From positions 4,244 to 68,243 of the forward strand of contig CAZVHO010000008.1 in assembly GCA_964627515.1 (NCBI GenBank): a stretch of 64,000 bases of DNA, in the 5' to 3' direction. The first letter of the stretch is position 1. Each line of letters opens with the position of its first letter. Positions 45,457 through 55,163 of the stretch are shown piece by piece. Source of the DNA: an uncultured Thermodesulfobacteriota bacterium. Lineage in GTDB: Bacteria > Desulfobacterota > RBG-13-43-22. The position numbers and the translations under genes were made by a program. The notes beneath the pieces were generated by a model that was given only the letters and a program-made list of their open reading frames with translations, ran no database searches and had not been told where the DNA came from.

Positions 45457-46548
45457 TTGAAACTTATTAATTCAAGGGAACCCTTCCCCCAAAAAAAGCT
45501 CATAGCCTGGTTCAAAAAAAATCAAAGGGATCTCCCCTGGCGTGCCCACCGTACGCCTTATACCACCTGGATCTCTGAAATTATGCTACAGCAGACCCAG
45601 GTTCGGCAAGTCGGACCTTATTACCGCCGTTTTATAAACCTATTTCCGGAAATCCGGCTCCTGGCCGAGGCCCCTTTAGAAAAGGTGCTTAAAGTCTGGG
45701 AGGGGATGGGCTATTACAGCCGGGCCCGAAACCTCCATCAAACCGCCCAGATTCTGGTTCGCCGATTTAAAGGGGAAATTCCTGCCAGACTTGAAGATCT
45801 CCTCAAACTGCCGGGCATCGGCCGGTCGACGGCCGGAGCCATACTCAGTCTGGCTTATGGGCAATCGGTCCCCGTGCTGGATGGAAATATAAAACGGGTC
45901 CTGATACGGTTTTTTTTTATCAGCCAGGATCCCGGGGACAAGGATACCATAGGTCAGCTCTGGACCCTTTCAAAAGAAATACTGCCCCTCAAAAAGGTCG
46001 GAGTGTTCAACGAAGCCCTGATGGAGTTGGGGGCCTTGATCTGTTCCCCGAAAAATCCCCAGTGTGCCGACTGTCCTGTAAAAGCAGCCTGTCAAGGATA
46101 TCGATCCGGCCGGCCGGCCTCTTTGCCCATTAAGCGGCCCCCAAAAAAGATCCCCCATTTTGACGTTGCCGCAGCCGTGGTGAGAAACAATACAAAGATC
46201 CTGATAACCAGGCGGCCGGAAAAGGGTTTATTGGGTGGTCTATGGGAATTTCCCGGGGGCAAAAAAGAAGCCGGGGAATCCCTGGAAGAATGTTTGCGAC
46301 GGGAAATACGCGAAGAATTAAACATAGAGATCGAAGTGGGGGAACCCTTTTTCAAGGTCCGTCATGGTTACACCCATTTTCGGATCACGTTGCATTGTTT
46401 CTTTTGCCGCAAACTTAAAGGCCATATCCGGCGCATCGGGGTTATGGATTACCGCTGGGTGCATCCTTCTGAATTAAACCTTTTCCCCTTTCCCAGGGCG
46501 GACCAAAAAGTGATTGAATATCTAAAGGAGCAAGTATGGAAAAACTGA
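45457..46548 (+). CDS. mutY: A/G-specific adenine DNA glycosylase
   Basis: It has LPWR…PY..W.SEIMLQQTQV, GLGYY.RARNL-like (GMGYYSRARNL), GIGRSTAGAI and the FeS loop C…C..C…C. A NUDIX-like domain forms the C-terminus. The start is TTG. Confidence 0.9.
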   Translation: MKLINSREPFPQKKLIAWFKKNQRDLPWRAHRTPYTTWISEIMLQQTQVRQVGPYYRRFINLFPEIRLLAEAPLEKVLKVWEGMGYYSRARNLHQTAQILVRRFKGEIPARLEDLLKLPGIGRSTAGAILSLAYGQSVPVLDGNIKRVLIRFFFISQDPGDKDTIGQLWTLSKEILPLKKVGVFNEALMELGALICSPKNPQCADCPVKAACQGYRSGRPASLPIKRPPKKIPHFDVAAAVVRNNTKILITRRPEKGLLGGLWEFPGGKKEAGESLEECLRREIREELNIEIEVGEPFFKVRHGYTHFRITLHCFFCRKLKGHIRRIGVMDYRWVHPSELNLFPFPRADQKVIEYLKEQVWKN

Positions 46549-47384
46549 TCATTACTGTTGGAATAACCGGGTCCCGTATAACCCGGGACCAAACTCCCCA
46601 TATCCCGATTACCCCCGAGGAGATCGCCCAATCGGGAATCGAAGCCTGGAAGGCCGGGGCCTCGGTCCTGCACATCCATGTCAGGGATCCCGGGACCCAA
46701 TTAGGGTGCCAGGATCCGGCCATTTACCGGGAAGTGGTAGACCGGATCCGCAGCCGGACCGATGCTGTTTTGTGTTTAACCACCAGCGGTATCCCGGGCC
46801 GCAACCTGCCGATTGATGAGCGTCTCCAATCCCTGGCCTTTGATCCCGAAATGGTTTCTTTCGATGCCGGCTCGGTCAATATGGGGTCGAATGTCTTTTT
46901 AAACCCTCCTGAATTCCTGGAGGCCCTGGCCAAAGCCACTCTGGCCAAAGGGATTAAGCCGGAATTGGAGGTCTTTGAGATCGGCATGGTCTATACCTGC
47001 CGGCGATATCTGGAAAAAGGACTCCTTAAGGCCCCGCTCCATTTTCAATTTGTCCTGGGGGTTCAGGGGGGGATGCCTGCCACCCCCAAATCTCTCTTGC
47101 ACCTGACCGAGATTGTTCCCCCTGGCTCCACCTGGTCGGTCATAGGGATTGGGGCCAGCCAGCTCCCCATGGCCGTCATGGGTCTGATGATGGATGGGCA
47201 TGTGCGGGTCGGTTTGGAGGATAATATTTACTATTCGAAAGGTCGGTTGGCTGAAAGCAACGCCCAATTAGTGGAAAGGGTCGTCCGGATCAGCAAAGAA
47301 TTCGGCCGGGAAGTGGCCAACCCTTCCGAAGCCCGGATGATCCTGGGTTTGCCCTTGCCCCCCATTCATTCTAATAAAAATTGA
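46536..47384 (+). CDS. kce: 3-keto-5-aminohexanoate cleavage enzyme family (BKACE/DUF849)
   Basis: It has LIITVGITGS…TP.IPITPEEIA…AGASVLHIHVRDP and is 282 aa. Confidence 0.8.
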   Translation: MEKLIITVGITGSRITRDQTPHIPITPEEIAQSGIEAWKAGASVLHIHVRDPGTQLGCQDPAIYREVVDRIRSRTDAVLCLTTSGIPGRNLPIDERLQSLAFDPEMVSFDAGSVNMGSNVFLNPPEFLEALAKATLAKGIKPELEVFEIGMVYTCRRYLEKGLLKAPLHFQFVLGVQGGMPATPKSLLHLTEIVPPGSTWSVIGIGASQLPMAVMGLMMDGHVRVGLEDNIYYSKGRLAESNAQLVERVVRISKEFGREVANPSEARMILGLPLPPIHSNKN

Positions 47385-47459
47385 CTAAAAAAATATTTTT
47401 AGGTATGAATGGCATCATGATATCCGGATCCTGCCGAATGCCAGAGGGGGTTTAAACCC

Positions 47460-48101
47460 ATGCTTGATAGCGCCATTTTTTTACCCGGAACACAAGTCTT
47501 GTTCGAAGTCCCCCATCTGTCCGGCATTAAATGCCAAACCTTTTTTCGGGGGTGCCGGGAAGACCACTATATCATTCTGGATTATCCCTATAATAGCAAT
47601 GGGCTGCCCTTACCTTTAAAGGACCGCATGCCCTGTATTATCCGCTTCATTTGTCAGGGAAAAGTTTATGCCTTTCAATCGGAAATCCAACGGACGGTCA
47701 GATATCCTTATCCTTTTGTCTTCATAAACTATCCACCAGAACTGGATCATATCAATCTGAGAAATACCGAGAGATACCCTATTCGCATACCAACCGTTTA
47801 TTCTGAGCAGGCACTGGAAGGCACTCATGACGGATGTCCTTCCGGTCAACTGCTCGACCTTTCGGAAACAGGCTGCCTCCTGGAAACCGATCAACGCTTT
47901 GATCTGGAAACCCTCCTCTTTTTGGCCTTCGGTCTCCCCAACCAGGAGTCGATTCAGAATCTATCCGTCAAGGTAAAAAGGATTTCCAGAAAGGAAGAGG
48001 CTTATCATCTGGGACTGCAGTTCATCGTTTCAGAAGATCCCGACATAGAAAAAATCAGGAACTACCTTTCCCACCTGCAATCATTACGTATTCAAGCCTG
48101 A
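47460..48101 (+). CDS. PilZ-domain c-di-GMP receptor (YcgR-like two-domain layout)
   Basis: It has canonical RxxxR (RNTER) and DxSxxG (DLSETG) motifs in the C-terminal half. Confidence 0.8.
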   Translation: MLDSAIFLPGTQVLFEVPHLSGIKCQTFFRGCREDHYIILDYPYNSNGLPLPLKDRMPCIIRFICQGKVYAFQSEIQRTVRYPYPFVFINYPPELDHINLRNTERYPIRIPTVYSEQALEGTHDGCPSGQLLDLSETGCLLETDQRFDLETLLFLAFGLPNQESIQNLSVKVKRISRKEEAYHLGLQFIVSEDPDIEKIRNYLSHLQSLRIQA

Positions 48102-48252
48102 TCAGATCGTAACACTTTAGATTTATTTATGGAAAAAATATCTGACAGGATTAAACAGGATTAACATGTTTTTATTCAGGCTCTGGAGGACCCTGAGCAA
48201 GCTCGATATTCTTCCAGTGGAAACTATGACTTCGGTCCGCAGGACGATTCGC

Positions 48253-48283
48253 TTTGGTGCCTTTCTTCCGGAAAGGCACCAAA
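48253..48283. terminator. Bidirectional hairpin between convergent PilZ gene and corA
   Basis: TTTGGTGCCTTTC-TTCCG-GAAAGGCACCAAA forms a 13-bp perfect stem, with the A/T tracts contained within the stem arms. Confidence 0.6.
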
Positions 48284-48286
48284 ATC

Positions 48287-48326
48287 CAGGTAATCCTGTA
48301 AATCCTGTCTAAAAAAGTATTTAAAT
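48287..48326 (-). repeat. Right copy of the perfect 40-bp inverted-repeat pair
   Basis: caggtaatcctgtaaatcctgtctaaaaaagtatttaaat is the reverse complement of 45383-45422. Identity stops exactly at both ends. Confidence 0.9.
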
Positions 48327-48349
48327 TTCCAAGAAGTTAAACAGATACA

Positions 48350-49417
48350 TCAGATCCACTTTTTTCTCCGGAAATAAATCAGCATAAAAATGGACACGGC
48401 CAGCATCAGGACCAAAACCAGGGGGTAGCCCCAGGGCCATTCCAGCTCGGGCATGTATTTAAAATTCATTCCGTATAATCCGACAATAAAGGTCAGGGGA
48501 ATAAAAAGGGTGGCGATGATGGTCAGGACCTTCATGACTTCGTTCATCCGGTTGCTGATACTGGAGAGATAAATGTCCAGCATCCCGGAAAGCATATCGC
48601 GGAAGGTCTCGATGTTGTCTATGACCTGAATGGTATGATCGTAGATGTCCCTTAAATAGAGCACCGTAGATTCTTTAATGAGAGAAGATTCCCCTCTTTC
48701 CAGACTGCCGATCACCTCCCGCAAAGGCCAAAGGGCCTTGCGTAAAAAGATCATCTCCCTTTTCAAGTGATGCATTTCCCGGAGGGTGACCGGGGTTGTG
48801 CGGGTGACCAGTTCTTCTTCCAGAAATTCAATCCGCTCGCCTAATTTTTCCAGAACGACGAAATAATGGTCTATAATGGTATCCAAAAGGGCATGGACCA
48901 GATAGTCGGCCCCCATTTTCCGGATCCGGCCTTTTCCATTACGGAGGCGGTCCCGAATGGGGTCGAAGAGGGTCCCTTCCCTTTCCTGGAAAGAAAGGAC
49001 GAAATTGGAGCCGAGGATGAGACTGATCTGCTCGGTTCCGACCTCTTCCCCTCGATCCCCGCTTAAGAACAGGGACTTCAAAACCACGTACAAGTAGTCT
49101 CCGAAATCCTCCAATTTCGGCCGTTGATCGGTGTTCAGGATGTCCTCCAGGACCAGGGGATGCAATCCGAAACATTCGTTCAGTTTTTCCAGGACATCCA
49201 CCTGATGCAATCCGATCACATTGATCCAGGTGACCTTGGCTTGATCCTTAAAAAGGACACATTCTTCCGCGGCGGCAATTTCTTTTTCTTCCACGTCCTG
49301 TTCGTCATAGTTAAACAGGGTGATACGGGTCCGTTCGCTCTGTTTCTCGCCGATGTGCACCAGGGTTCCCGGTGGAAGACCGGCCTTTTTGGATCTTTTT
49401 TTGATGGGTATGGGCAT
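48350..49417 (-). CDS. corA: Magnesium/cobalt transporter CorA
   Basis: It is 355 aa with the YGMNF signature before the last TM and the typical acidic cytoplasmic domain. Confidence 0.95.
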   Translation of the reverse strand: MPIPIKKRSKKAGLPPGTLVHIGEKQSERTRITLFNYDEQDVEEKEIAAAEECVLFKDQAKVTWINVIGLHQVDVLEKLNECFGLHPLVLEDILNTDQRPKLEDFGDYLYVVLKSLFLSGDRGEEVGTEQISLILGSNFVLSFQEREGTLFDPIRDRLRNGKGRIRKMGADYLVHALLDTIIDHYFVVLEKLGERIEFLEEELVTRTTPVTLREMHHLKREMIFLRKALWPLREVIGSLERGESSLIKESTVLYLRDIYDHTIQVIDNIETFRDMLSGMLDIYLSSISNRMNEVMKVLTIIATLFIPLTFIVGLYGMNFKYMPELEWPWGYPLVLVLMLAVSIFMLIYFRRKKWI

Positions 49418-49634
49418 AGCAGGGACTCCTCAATATTTTTTTCTATTTTATCCTATCTGATTCTTCCGGGCAAGTGAACAGTTCTCCAATTGGTCATGGT
49501 CGGGGGAGTGAATACCGTACCTTATTTTTGTTGGTGGGTTCCGTTTCACTCCACCCACCCTACAGGCTTTTTACAAGTCCGTCATTATTATTGGATCTCA
49601 TTGGATCTGTAAAAAGTCGCCTAAGTTCCATTTT

Positions 49635-49742
49635 CGTCATTCCCGTGAAAGCTTGTCCTCGAATGTCTTAATCGGGGACGGGAATCCAGTGGTTTTAAGT
49701 GGTTAAATATGGCCCTGGATTCCCGCCTGCCCGGGAATGAAG
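49635..49742 (-). mobile_element. MITE-like element, copy c (same subfamily as copy a, opposite orientation)
   Basis: cgtcattcccgtgaaagcttgtcctcgaatgtcttaatcggggacgggaatccag … ccctggattcccgcctgcccgggaatga closely matches the reverse complement of 10098-10207. Confidence 0.8.
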
Positions 49743-49852
49743 AGTTTTTACATAATCATCATTGTTTACTTTATCAAAAAAATATGGTAAAAATAAAACA
49801 ATGTAAGATACCTCCCACAAGCCATTCCTTGGAGGAAGGATCGGAGGCATGC

Positions 49853-52291
49853 ATGAAACCTGACCGGCCATTCGATAAAGCCTTCCGGCGATTGATTGAG
49901 GTTTGTGTTGCCGGACCGGGCCTGTTGGCCATTCTTGTACTGCTGAGCTGGATATTCGATGCCTGGCGGATCGGCGCCCTGGGGCGGGAATATATCCCCA
50001 TGGCCCCCAGTACGGCCTGGTTGATGCTCCTGCTCAGTTTCGGTCTTTTACTCCACCGTTTATGCCCACCCCAGCCGGTCACCCGGGGGTTTGCCCTTTT
50101 GGCCGTCATCATCGCAGGGGCCATGGGCCTGCTGGTATTGGCCCAATTCTTTTTGGGTTTTGAACTGCCGGTGGAGCAATGGCTGGCGCCCACCACGATC
50201 CGGGTTGGGGATATTTCCATCGGCAGGATGTCTCCTTTGACGGCCTCGGCCTTCCTTTTTACCGCTCTGGCCTTCTGGTTTGTACAGCCTCCCCTGGCCG
50301 GCCGCCGGTTTTTCCAGCAGACGGCCCCCTTTCTTGCCCTGTCGGTCTTATTGTTCAGCCTGTTTGTCATTCTGAGCTACGGAGCCGGTGCCCCCCTGCT
50401 TTATGGCGGGCAGACCATCCCCATGGCCTTGATTACCGCCGTATCCTTTGCCTTGTTGAGCTTCGGCCTTCTGATCACCGCCGGTCCCGAAACCAGCTTT
50501 CTCGCTTTACTCGGCGGTCGTTCCATAGGTTCCGCTCCCGAACCCGCCTCCCGGTTTTTAAAAGGCCCTTTGGCGATCTTCCTGCTACTCTTCCTGGCCA
50601 TAGGGAGTGCCGGATTTTTTTACCTCAAGTTCCAATTGTCGGAGATCCGCCGGGCCAGACAGCAGGAACTGAATGCCGTGGCCAACCTGAAAGTCCGTCA
50701 AATTTCAGGGTGGTACCAGGAACGTCTGGCCGATGCCGGGTATGTCTTCAGAGTCCACGGACCTTCGGATTCGATCAATACCTTTGCCGCCGCCCCGTCC
50801 GCCCTTAAAGCGAAAAAACGCATTTTGACCTTAATGACAGCGGCCCGGGAAAACCTGCACTACAGCCGGGTCTTATTCTTTGATCGAAAAAATCAGGTGC
50901 GCTTGGCCGTCCCGGAGGAAAGAGCCTGGGCCGACATGAGAGACAAAGATTTTGTATCCCAGGCCCTTCACACCGGAAAGATACGGATTTCCGATTTGCA
51001 TCTCGAAGGGATGGCCTCAGACCATAATAATTTAAACATGGATCTCTTCGTGCCCTTGATACCGGAATCAAACCCATCCGGAAAGGCCCGGGAAGCCGTG
51101 GGGGTATTGATGTTTGAAATCAACCCCCATGATTTCCTTTTTCCTCTCATCCAGAGCTGGCCTACCCCCAGCCCCACGGCCGAAACCCTTTTGGTCCGGC
51201 GGGAAGGGAACGAGGTGGTCTTTTTGAATGAACTCCGCCACCGTAAAAACACGGCCCTGGCCCTGCGAATGCCCGTTGAACCCCGGTCCCTTCTTCCGGC
51301 GGCCATGGCGGTCCAGGGCCGGGAAGGCCTGGCGGAGGGAAGGGACTACCGCAACGTGCCGGTCCTGTCCGTCCTGCGCAGCATCCCAGGCACCCCCTGG
51401 TTTATGGTGGCCAAGGTGGACCAGGAGGAGATCTATGCCCCTCTGCGGGAACAGGCATGGATAACCGGGGTGACCATTTTTATCGCCCTCCTGGCGGCTG
51501 CCCTGGGTCTGGGACTGCTATGGCGTAAGCGGGTCGAAGAAGAAATCCGCCGGCTCAATGCCGATCTCGAACAGCGGGTCATGGAGCGCACCGCCCAATT
51601 AGAGGCGGCCAATAAGGAACTGGAGTCCTTTTCCTATTCCGTATCCCACGATTTGCGCGCCCCTCTGAGAGCGATCGACGGCTTCAGCCGGGCCGTCATG
51701 GAAGATTGCAGCACCAGCCTTCCTGAGAAAGGCCGGCAATACCTGGAACGGGTGCGGGCCGCCACCCAGCGTATGGGCCAGTTGATTGACGATTTACTTA
51801 AACTTTCCCGGGCAACCCGGGCTGAGATGACCCGCACCCAGGTAAATCTCAGCCAAACGGCGGAGGTGGCGGCCTATGAATTGAGGGAGTCCCAGCCGGA
51901 ACGCCGGGTGGAATGGGCCATCGCACCGGATGTTATGGCTTATGGGGACGAACGTTTGTTGGAGATCGTTCTCAAAAATTTGATGGGCAATGCCTGGAAG
52001 TTCACCGCCCGGCATGCCGGCAGCCGAATAGAATTCGGCGTAAATCAGCAGGATGGGCAGCCGGTTTATTTTGTTCGTGATGATGGAGCCGGTTTTGAAA
52101 TGACTTATGCCGACAAGCTTTTTGGTATCTTTCAACGACTGCACAGCCAGGGGGAGTTCGAAGGAACCGGCGTCGGGCTGGCCATTGTGCAGCGCATCAT
52201 CCATCGTCACGGCGGGCGCATCTGGGCCGAAGGGGCCGTCGAAAAGGGGGCGACCTTTTATTTTACCCTTGGACCCGCGGTAAAGGGTTGA
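49853..52291 (+). CDS. Membrane sensor histidine kinase (polytopic N-terminal domain + extracytoplasmic Cache-like domain)
   Basis: ATG 49853 follows GGAGGAAGGATCGGAGG; the listed start at 49709 lies inside the MITE. It has about 7 TM segments, then a TM-flanked domain of about 270 aa, a coiled coil, an H-box (SVSHDLRAPLRAIDGF) and an ATPase (DDGAGF…GTGVGLAIV). Confidence 0.85.
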   Translation: MKPDRPFDKAFRRLIEVCVAGPGLLAILVLLSWIFDAWRIGALGREYIPMAPSTAWLMLLLSFGLLLHRLCPPQPVTRGFALLAVIIAGAMGLLVLAQFFLGFELPVEQWLAPTTIRVGDISIGRMSPLTASAFLFTALAFWFVQPPLAGRRFFQQTAPFLALSVLLFSLFVILSYGAGAPLLYGGQTIPMALITAVSFALLSFGLLITAGPETSFLALLGGRSIGSAPEPASRFLKGPLAIFLLLFLAIGSAGFFYLKFQLSEIRRARQQELNAVANLKVRQISGWYQERLADAGYVFRVHGPSDSINTFAAAPSALKAKKRILTLMTAARENLHYSRVLFFDRKNQVRLAVPEERAWADMRDKDFVSQALHTGKIRISDLHLEGMASDHNNLNMDLFVPLIPESNPSGKAREAVGVLMFEINPHDFLFPLIQSWPTPSPTAETLLVRREGNEVVFLNELRHRKNTALALRMPVEPRSLLPAAMAVQGREGLAEGRDYRNVPVLSVLRSIPGTPWFMVAKVDQEEIYAPLREQAWITGVTIFIALLAAALGLGLLWRKRVEEEIRRLNADLEQRVMERTAQLEAANKELESFSYSVSHDLRAPLRAIDGFSRAVMEDCSTSLPEKGRQYLERVRAATQRMGQLIDDLLKLSRATRAEMTRTQVNLSQTAEVAAYELRESQPERRVEWAIAPDVMAYGDERLLEIVLKNLMGNAWKFTARHAGSRIEFGVNQQDGQPVYFVRDDGAGFEMTYADKLFGIFQRLHSQGEFEGTGVGLAIVQRIIHRHGGRIWAEGAVEKGATFYFTLGPAVKG

Positions 52292-52335
52292 ATTCGAGTG
52301 TAATGATAAAAGTCACAGAAAAGGAATCATCTAAA

Positions 52336-52794
52336 ATGGAAAATTATGAAAGCCGTCACAAAGTGATTCTTCTGGTGGAAGACAATCCCGATGATGTGGA
52401 ATTGACCATTCGGGCCCTGGAGCAACAGAAGATTGTCAACCCGCTGATCGTGGCCCGGGACGGGGTCGAGGCCCTGGATTATCTCTTCGGGAGAGGGAAA
52501 TATGCCGGACCGGAACTCCCGGCCTTGCCTACTGTTATCCTATTGGACCTTAAATTGCCCAAGATCGACGGTCTCGAGGTCTTGCGTCAGTTGCGCAGCA
52601 ACGAAAGGACCAAGCTATTGCCGGTGGTTATCCTTACCTCATCCAATGAGGAAAGTGACCTGATGAACGGCTATCTTCTGGGGGCCAACAGTTATATCCG
52701 CAAGCCCGTCGATTTCGATCAATTCAATGAGGCCATTAAACAACTCGGACTCTACTGGCTGGTCTGGAATGAGCCGGCCCCCCGCAAACCGTAA
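52336..52794 (+). CDS. Stand-alone response-regulator receiver
   Basis: Start MENYESRHKVILLVEDNPDD. It has LLDLKLPKIDG…LTSS…KP. Confidence 0.85.
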   Translation: MENYESRHKVILLVEDNPDDVELTIRALEQQKIVNPLIVARDGVEALDYLFGRGKYAGPELPALPTVILLDLKLPKIDGLEVLRQLRSNERTKLLPVVILTSSNEESDLMNGYLLGANSYIRKPVDFDQFNEAIKQLGLYWLVWNEPAPRKP

Positions 52795-52805
52795 GGAGAA
52801 AAAGA

Positions 52806-54548
52806 ATGGGGATACCCTTGAATGTCCTGGTTATCGAGGACTCGGAAGATGATACCCTGTTGATGATCCGGGAACTGGAGGGGGGCGGCTACACCCCCGA
52901 ACACCAGCGGGTGGAAACCGCCGAGACCTTGGGTGCTGCCCTCCGTGAAAAGACCTGGGACCTCGTCCTGTGCGACTATAAACTCCCGAAATTCAATGGC
53001 CTTCAAGCCCTTAAGCTCTTCAGGGAAACAGGGACGGATATCCCCTTTATCCTCATTTCCGGGACCATCGGGGAAGAATTGGCTGTAGAGGCCATGAAAA
53101 ACGGGGCCCATGACTATCTTATGAAGGACAAAATACAGCGTCTGGTTCCAGCGGTCCAACGGGAATTGCGGGAAGCCGCCGTTCGACAGGAACGTCGAAA
53201 GGCGGAGGAATCCTTAAGAGAATTTGCACAGAGGTGGCAAACCACCTTCGATGCCATCAATGACAGTGTCTGTATCCTGGACCTGGATGGAAAGATCCTG
53301 GAGTGCAACCTGGCCACCACCCGCTTGCTTAACAAACCGATTGCCGAGATCTTAGGACACCACTGTTTTAAAATGGTCCATCAAATTTCAGTGCCTATCG
53401 AAAACTGCCCGATTGCTCGCATGCAAACCAGCGGACAAAGGGAAAGCACGTCGTTGCAGTTAGGGGATCGCTGGGTAGACGTGACGGTGGATCCTTTGTT
53501 TGATGCCTCCGGCCGTTTGATAGGTGCCGTGCACATCATATCGGATATTACCGAGGATAAACAACGGGAGGAAGCCCTGCGTGAATCCGAAGAACGGTAC
53601 CGGGATATGGTCGAAAACATAAACGACATCCTCTATGTTTGTGATATAAACGGGAACATTACTTATATCAGCCCTCCGGTGGAGTCCCTGTTAGGCTATC
53701 GTCCCTCGGAAATAATCGGCCGAAACTTTAGGGAATTTGTCCATCCGGAAGATCTCCATTTTATTTCAGAAGGCTATCAGAAAATCGTTTCCGGCCAGGT
53801 CGAACCCCACGAGTATCGATTCGTTAAAAAATCCGGCGAAATATGCTGGATCCGTTTTTCAAGTTTTCGGATTGTCCAGGGAGAAAAAATTGTGGGGCTT
53901 CGGGGGATATTAACCGACGTCACCAAACGCGTTCAGGCAGAAGAAGAAAGACAACAAACCCTGAATAACCTGCGAAAGGCCATGGGAGGGATCATCGAGG
54001 CCATGGCCACGACCGTAGAGACCAGGGACCCCTATACTGCCGGTCATCAGCGCCGGGTGGCTGACCTGGCCCGGGCCATCGCCCAGGAGGTGGGTCTGTC
54101 AAAAGACCGGATAGAGGGCATCTACATGGCCGGGATCGTCCATGACCTGGGCAAAATTTCCATTCCGGCCGAGATCTTAAGCAAGCCCACCCGGCTGACC
54201 GATCTGGAATTCGCCCTCATAAAAGCCCATCCGGAAGTGAGTTACGACATTTTGAAAAATATCGATTTCCCCTGGCCGGTGGCCCTGATTGTCCTTCAAC
54301 ATCACGAACGGATCAATGGCACCGGGTACCCTCAGGGGCTTACAGTCGAAGAAATTCTTTTCGAGGCCCGCATACTGGCGGTGGCCGATGTGGTCGAAGC
54401 CATCGCCTCCCACCGACCTTACCGGCCGGCCCATGGGATAGAGGTGGCCTTGCAAGAGATTGAAGAAAAGAAAGGCGTTCTTTATGATCCGGTGGCGGTG
54501 GAAGCCTGCCTGCGATTGTTTAAAGAAAAAGGATTCGTGTTGGAATAG
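52806..54548 (+). CDS. Receiver + 2 PAS + HD-GYP c-di-GMP phosphodiesterase
   Basis: It has a REC (VLVIEDSEDD…VLCDYKLPKFNG), two PAS modules, HD (GIVHDLGK) and HHERINGTGYP (HD-GYP). Confidence 0.9.
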   Translation: MGIPLNVLVIEDSEDDTLLMIRELEGGGYTPEHQRVETAETLGAALREKTWDLVLCDYKLPKFNGLQALKLFRETGTDIPFILISGTIGEELAVEAMKNGAHDYLMKDKIQRLVPAVQRELREAAVRQERRKAEESLREFAQRWQTTFDAINDSVCILDLDGKILECNLATTRLLNKPIAEILGHHCFKMVHQISVPIENCPIARMQTSGQRESTSLQLGDRWVDVTVDPLFDASGRLIGAVHIISDITEDKQREEALRESEERYRDMVENINDILYVCDINGNITYISPPVESLLGYRPSEIIGRNFREFVHPEDLHFISEGYQKIVSGQVEPHEYRFVKKSGEICWIRFSSFRIVQGEKIVGLRGILTDVTKRVQAEEERQQTLNNLRKAMGGIIEAMATTVETRDPYTAGHQRRVADLARAIAQEVGLSKDRIEGIYMAGIVHDLGKISIPAEILSKPTRLTDLEFALIKAHPEVSYDILKNIDFPWPVALIVLQHHERINGTGYPQGLTVEEILFEARILAVADVVEAIASHRPYRPAHGIEVALQEIEEKKGVLYDPVAVEACLRLFKEKGFVLE

Positions 54549-54610
54549 GGCAACTCGTTGCTCGTTACTGGTTACAGGTTGCTCGTTAAAACGATTAACG
54601 AGTAATCCTT

Positions 54611-54797
54611 AATAATACAGCGTATTTTTTACTAATGCGTCCCCTTAACCGTCATTCCGGCAGGCTTTAATGCCTGTCCCCGAATGTCTAAATCGGGGAG
54701 CGGAATCCAGGGATTTTGGTTTTCTCATTCTCATGAAAACCTGGATTCCCGATAAAGACATTCGGGCATGATGGGAAAAATGTCGCTGTAGTATTAA
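54611..54797 (-). mobile_element. MITE-like element, copy d
   Basis: The reverse complement reads gttaatactacagcgacatttttcccatcatgcccgaatgtctttatcgggaatccagg…ccctggattccgctccccgatttagacattcggggacaggcattaaagcctgccggaatgacgg. It is co-linear with copy b and ends 3 nt before the stop of the next gene. Confidence 0.8.
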
Positions 54798-54799
54798 CA

Positions 54800-55147
54800 T
54801 CAAGGTTGACTTTTCAATTTTCCCCTCCGCATCCGGCGATTTTTTTGCCTGCGGATTTTTTCTGCTTGTTGCCGATGGAGGCTTTTCCCGTCCTGAAGCG
54901 CTTCGACTTTTTCGGCCAGGAGCCGCCAGGCCAAAAAACGGTTCAAGGCCTGAGAGCGCTCTTTTTGCATCTTGACTTCCAGCCCGGTGGGAAGGTGCTT
55001 CAGATAAACCGCTGAGGAAGTTTTATTGACCTTCTGTCCGCCGGCCCCTTGGGACCGTGTAAAGTGCTCGGCCACATCCTCTTCCCGGATACCCAGTCTT
55101 TGCAGGGTTTCTTGCAAGGCTTTTTGTTTTTCAGGGCTGACGGCCAT
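54800..55147 (-). CDS. GGQ-domain peptidyl-tRNA hydrolase / class I release-factor-like protein (ArfB-like)
   Basis: It has the [19 protein letters not shown] motif and a basic C-terminal tail ([16 protein letters not shown]). It is 115 aa. Confidence 0.75.
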   Translation of the reverse strand: MAVSPEKQKALQETLQRLGIREEDVAEHFTRSQGAGGQKVNKTSSAVYLKHLPTGLEVKMQKERSQALNRFLAWRLLAEKVEALQDGKSLHRQQAEKIRRQKNRRMRRGKLKSQP

Positions 55148-55163
55148 CAGGGGGTGTTTTCAA

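Noticed and set aside
49709-49852. Upstream extension of the membrane kinase ORF
   Set aside because: The first ~12 codons are the MITE copy c sequence. A strong SD and an ATG at 49853 give a sensible N-terminus.
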